From: Octopus sinensis
Taxonomy: Eukaryota
DNA: 64,000 nt
Reading direction: 5' to 3'
Assembly: GCF_006345805.1 (NCBI RefSeq)
Contig: NC_043014.1
Location: forward strand, 23,932,001 to 23,996,000
Shown here: one piece after another, positions 62,620 through 64,000 of the stretch
How positions within the stretch are numbered: position 1 is the stretch's first letter
How the letters are laid out: the number at the start of each line of letters is the position of its first letter
Notes under the pieces: generated by a model
What the model saw: only the letters and a program-made list of their open reading frames with translations
Database searches by the model: none
Told to the model about the DNA's origin: nothing
Position numbers and translations under genes: made by a program

Positions 62620-63260
62620 CACACCTTTTTGTCTGGAAATTATAACAGAGGCCAGTTTTACCCAATTAATGGCTGAGAGGAAGCTGTTTCTGAAAGGTTG
62701 GACAGAAATGATGAATGCCTACACTGCCTCCATTATTATTTATCACTTGACCATCGTGCCTAGCTCTAGCGACCACTCAATCAAATTAGAATGTCTATTA
62801 TTTATGTATTTTATGGAAAGAACATGTTCCAATGGTCAGTCTGCTGTCAGAATTCTGTGTGGTGAATTAGGTATGCTGTAGCTTCATGTGTAGACATACA
62901 CTGAAGTAACAACACCTGGAATGAAATGTTTTATCAGGCACTTACAGCCTTCTACAGTCATGTGTGCGGGATCTGTCTGTTGGCTCAGTTAGGTAGGTTA
63001 GGCAGTTTTTCTTTGTCTGGAGTCGACTGCCAAAAACGTTGTTTAGTGAACAACTCTGAAAGACATGAGAACAGACAATTTCCTCTTTGACAGATCCCTC
63101 ATTAACTTTTTCAAGTTCCACTTGAAAAGGAAAGTAAGAGTTGAGAAAGAGTCAGTGTCTTCAACCGAATTTATTGAAAAGTAGGTGAATGTTGCAAAAA
63201 TTGCAAGAGTGAATGGCTCCACTTTAAGTATAGAACTGTAAATTGGAGAAATGGAACTGG
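62620..63260 (+). mobile_element. Tx1/L1-clade LINE relic (internally deleted 3' region)
   Basis: MNAYTASIIIYHLTIVP... and LINFFKFHLKRKVRVEK...EFIEK*VNVAKIARVNG C-terminal signature. Confidence 0.65.
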
Positions 63261-63839
63261 AGATGGCACTTAACCATGGTGTCCACAGAAAACTTTCTGA
63301 ATTCTTCAATTGTCCCTAGAGGTCCACCTGATAAAGGACCACATCACTATTACCTATATTTTTTTTAAAAATACACTATACATACTTCCTTTTTTATTAT
63401 TGTATACCACGTATACATGTTACTCTTTCTGATATCATCTCATTTTATGTAAATCACTGGACTTTATATCTGTATTGTCTCACTTGTCTGTCACTCTGGT
63501 AGCAATTAAAGAAATCATTAGTATTATTATTATTAAGGCAAGATGGCGGAATCATTAGCATGCTGGACAAAATACTAAGTGGAATTTTTCTACATTTACA
63601 ATCTGAACAAAGGATGCATTCAACTTCCCAATCCACTGAGCAGATCACACTATCATTATCCATTGACTTAAATACACTGTCTAGATACAATCTGGATGAC
63701 CAATTGTAGTTGTTCCATGTCCACACTGGCTGGCACACCAGGAAAATTCAATCAAAAGCTATCAGACAGCTGGAAGATTCTGAGCAAGTTTTGAGGCTTT
63801 TGGACCACATTCTACTATATATTAATTACCCCCCCCACA

Positions 63840-64000
63840 CACACACAATCTTTCTGTGCATCCAAAAGACAATTTCAATCCCCAACAAGTACCAAAGAGC
63901 AATATATTCTCGAAACATTTCTACACGCCTAAAGTAATCTGGACTTCCAGCCCCTGTTGGAGCATAAATCGTTACCAGTCTAATGACACCACACTTTCCA
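63840..64000 (-). mobile_element. Tx1/L1-clade AP-endonuclease fragment, continues beyond window
   Basis: IRLVTIYAPTGAGSPDYFRRVE followed by a decayed GD.N..LD motif. Confidence 0.65.

Overview
AT-rich, microsatellite- and transposon-dense animal DNA, most consistent with an octopod cephalopod (inferred from the SINE/LINE families and (TA)n/(TATG)n tracts). There are two host genes. The first is a 3-exon sorting nexin SNX20/21 orthologue on + (17716-30612, about 412 aa). The second, missed by the ORF track, is the last two coding exons of a minus-strand tail-anchored membrane protein resembling LAP2-beta/emerin (37564-37475 and 33776-33614); the two genes converge tail-to-tail. The rest is mostly mobile DNA: an intact GC-rich RTE/BovB-like LINE ORF, older RTE, R4/Dong, CR1-like, Tx1-like and Penelope relics, mariner, MULE and Helitron remnants, a piggyBac-type MITE and tRNA-derived SINEs. 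Five observations stand out. (1) A CR1-like LINE whose ORF1 has a trihelix Myb/SANT-like domain plus a CCCH finger and sits about 60 nt from a roughly 22-copy 76-bp tandem array. (2) A 123-bp-stem hairpin whose transition mismatches are all G.U on one strand. (3) Minimal hammerhead-ribozyme motifs in SINE-like elements. (4) Inverted RTE copies bracketing a frame-preserving 90-nt exon. (5) An intronic decayed copy of part of SNX exon 3. Repeat boundaries are read by eye and are approximate, and no database searches were run.
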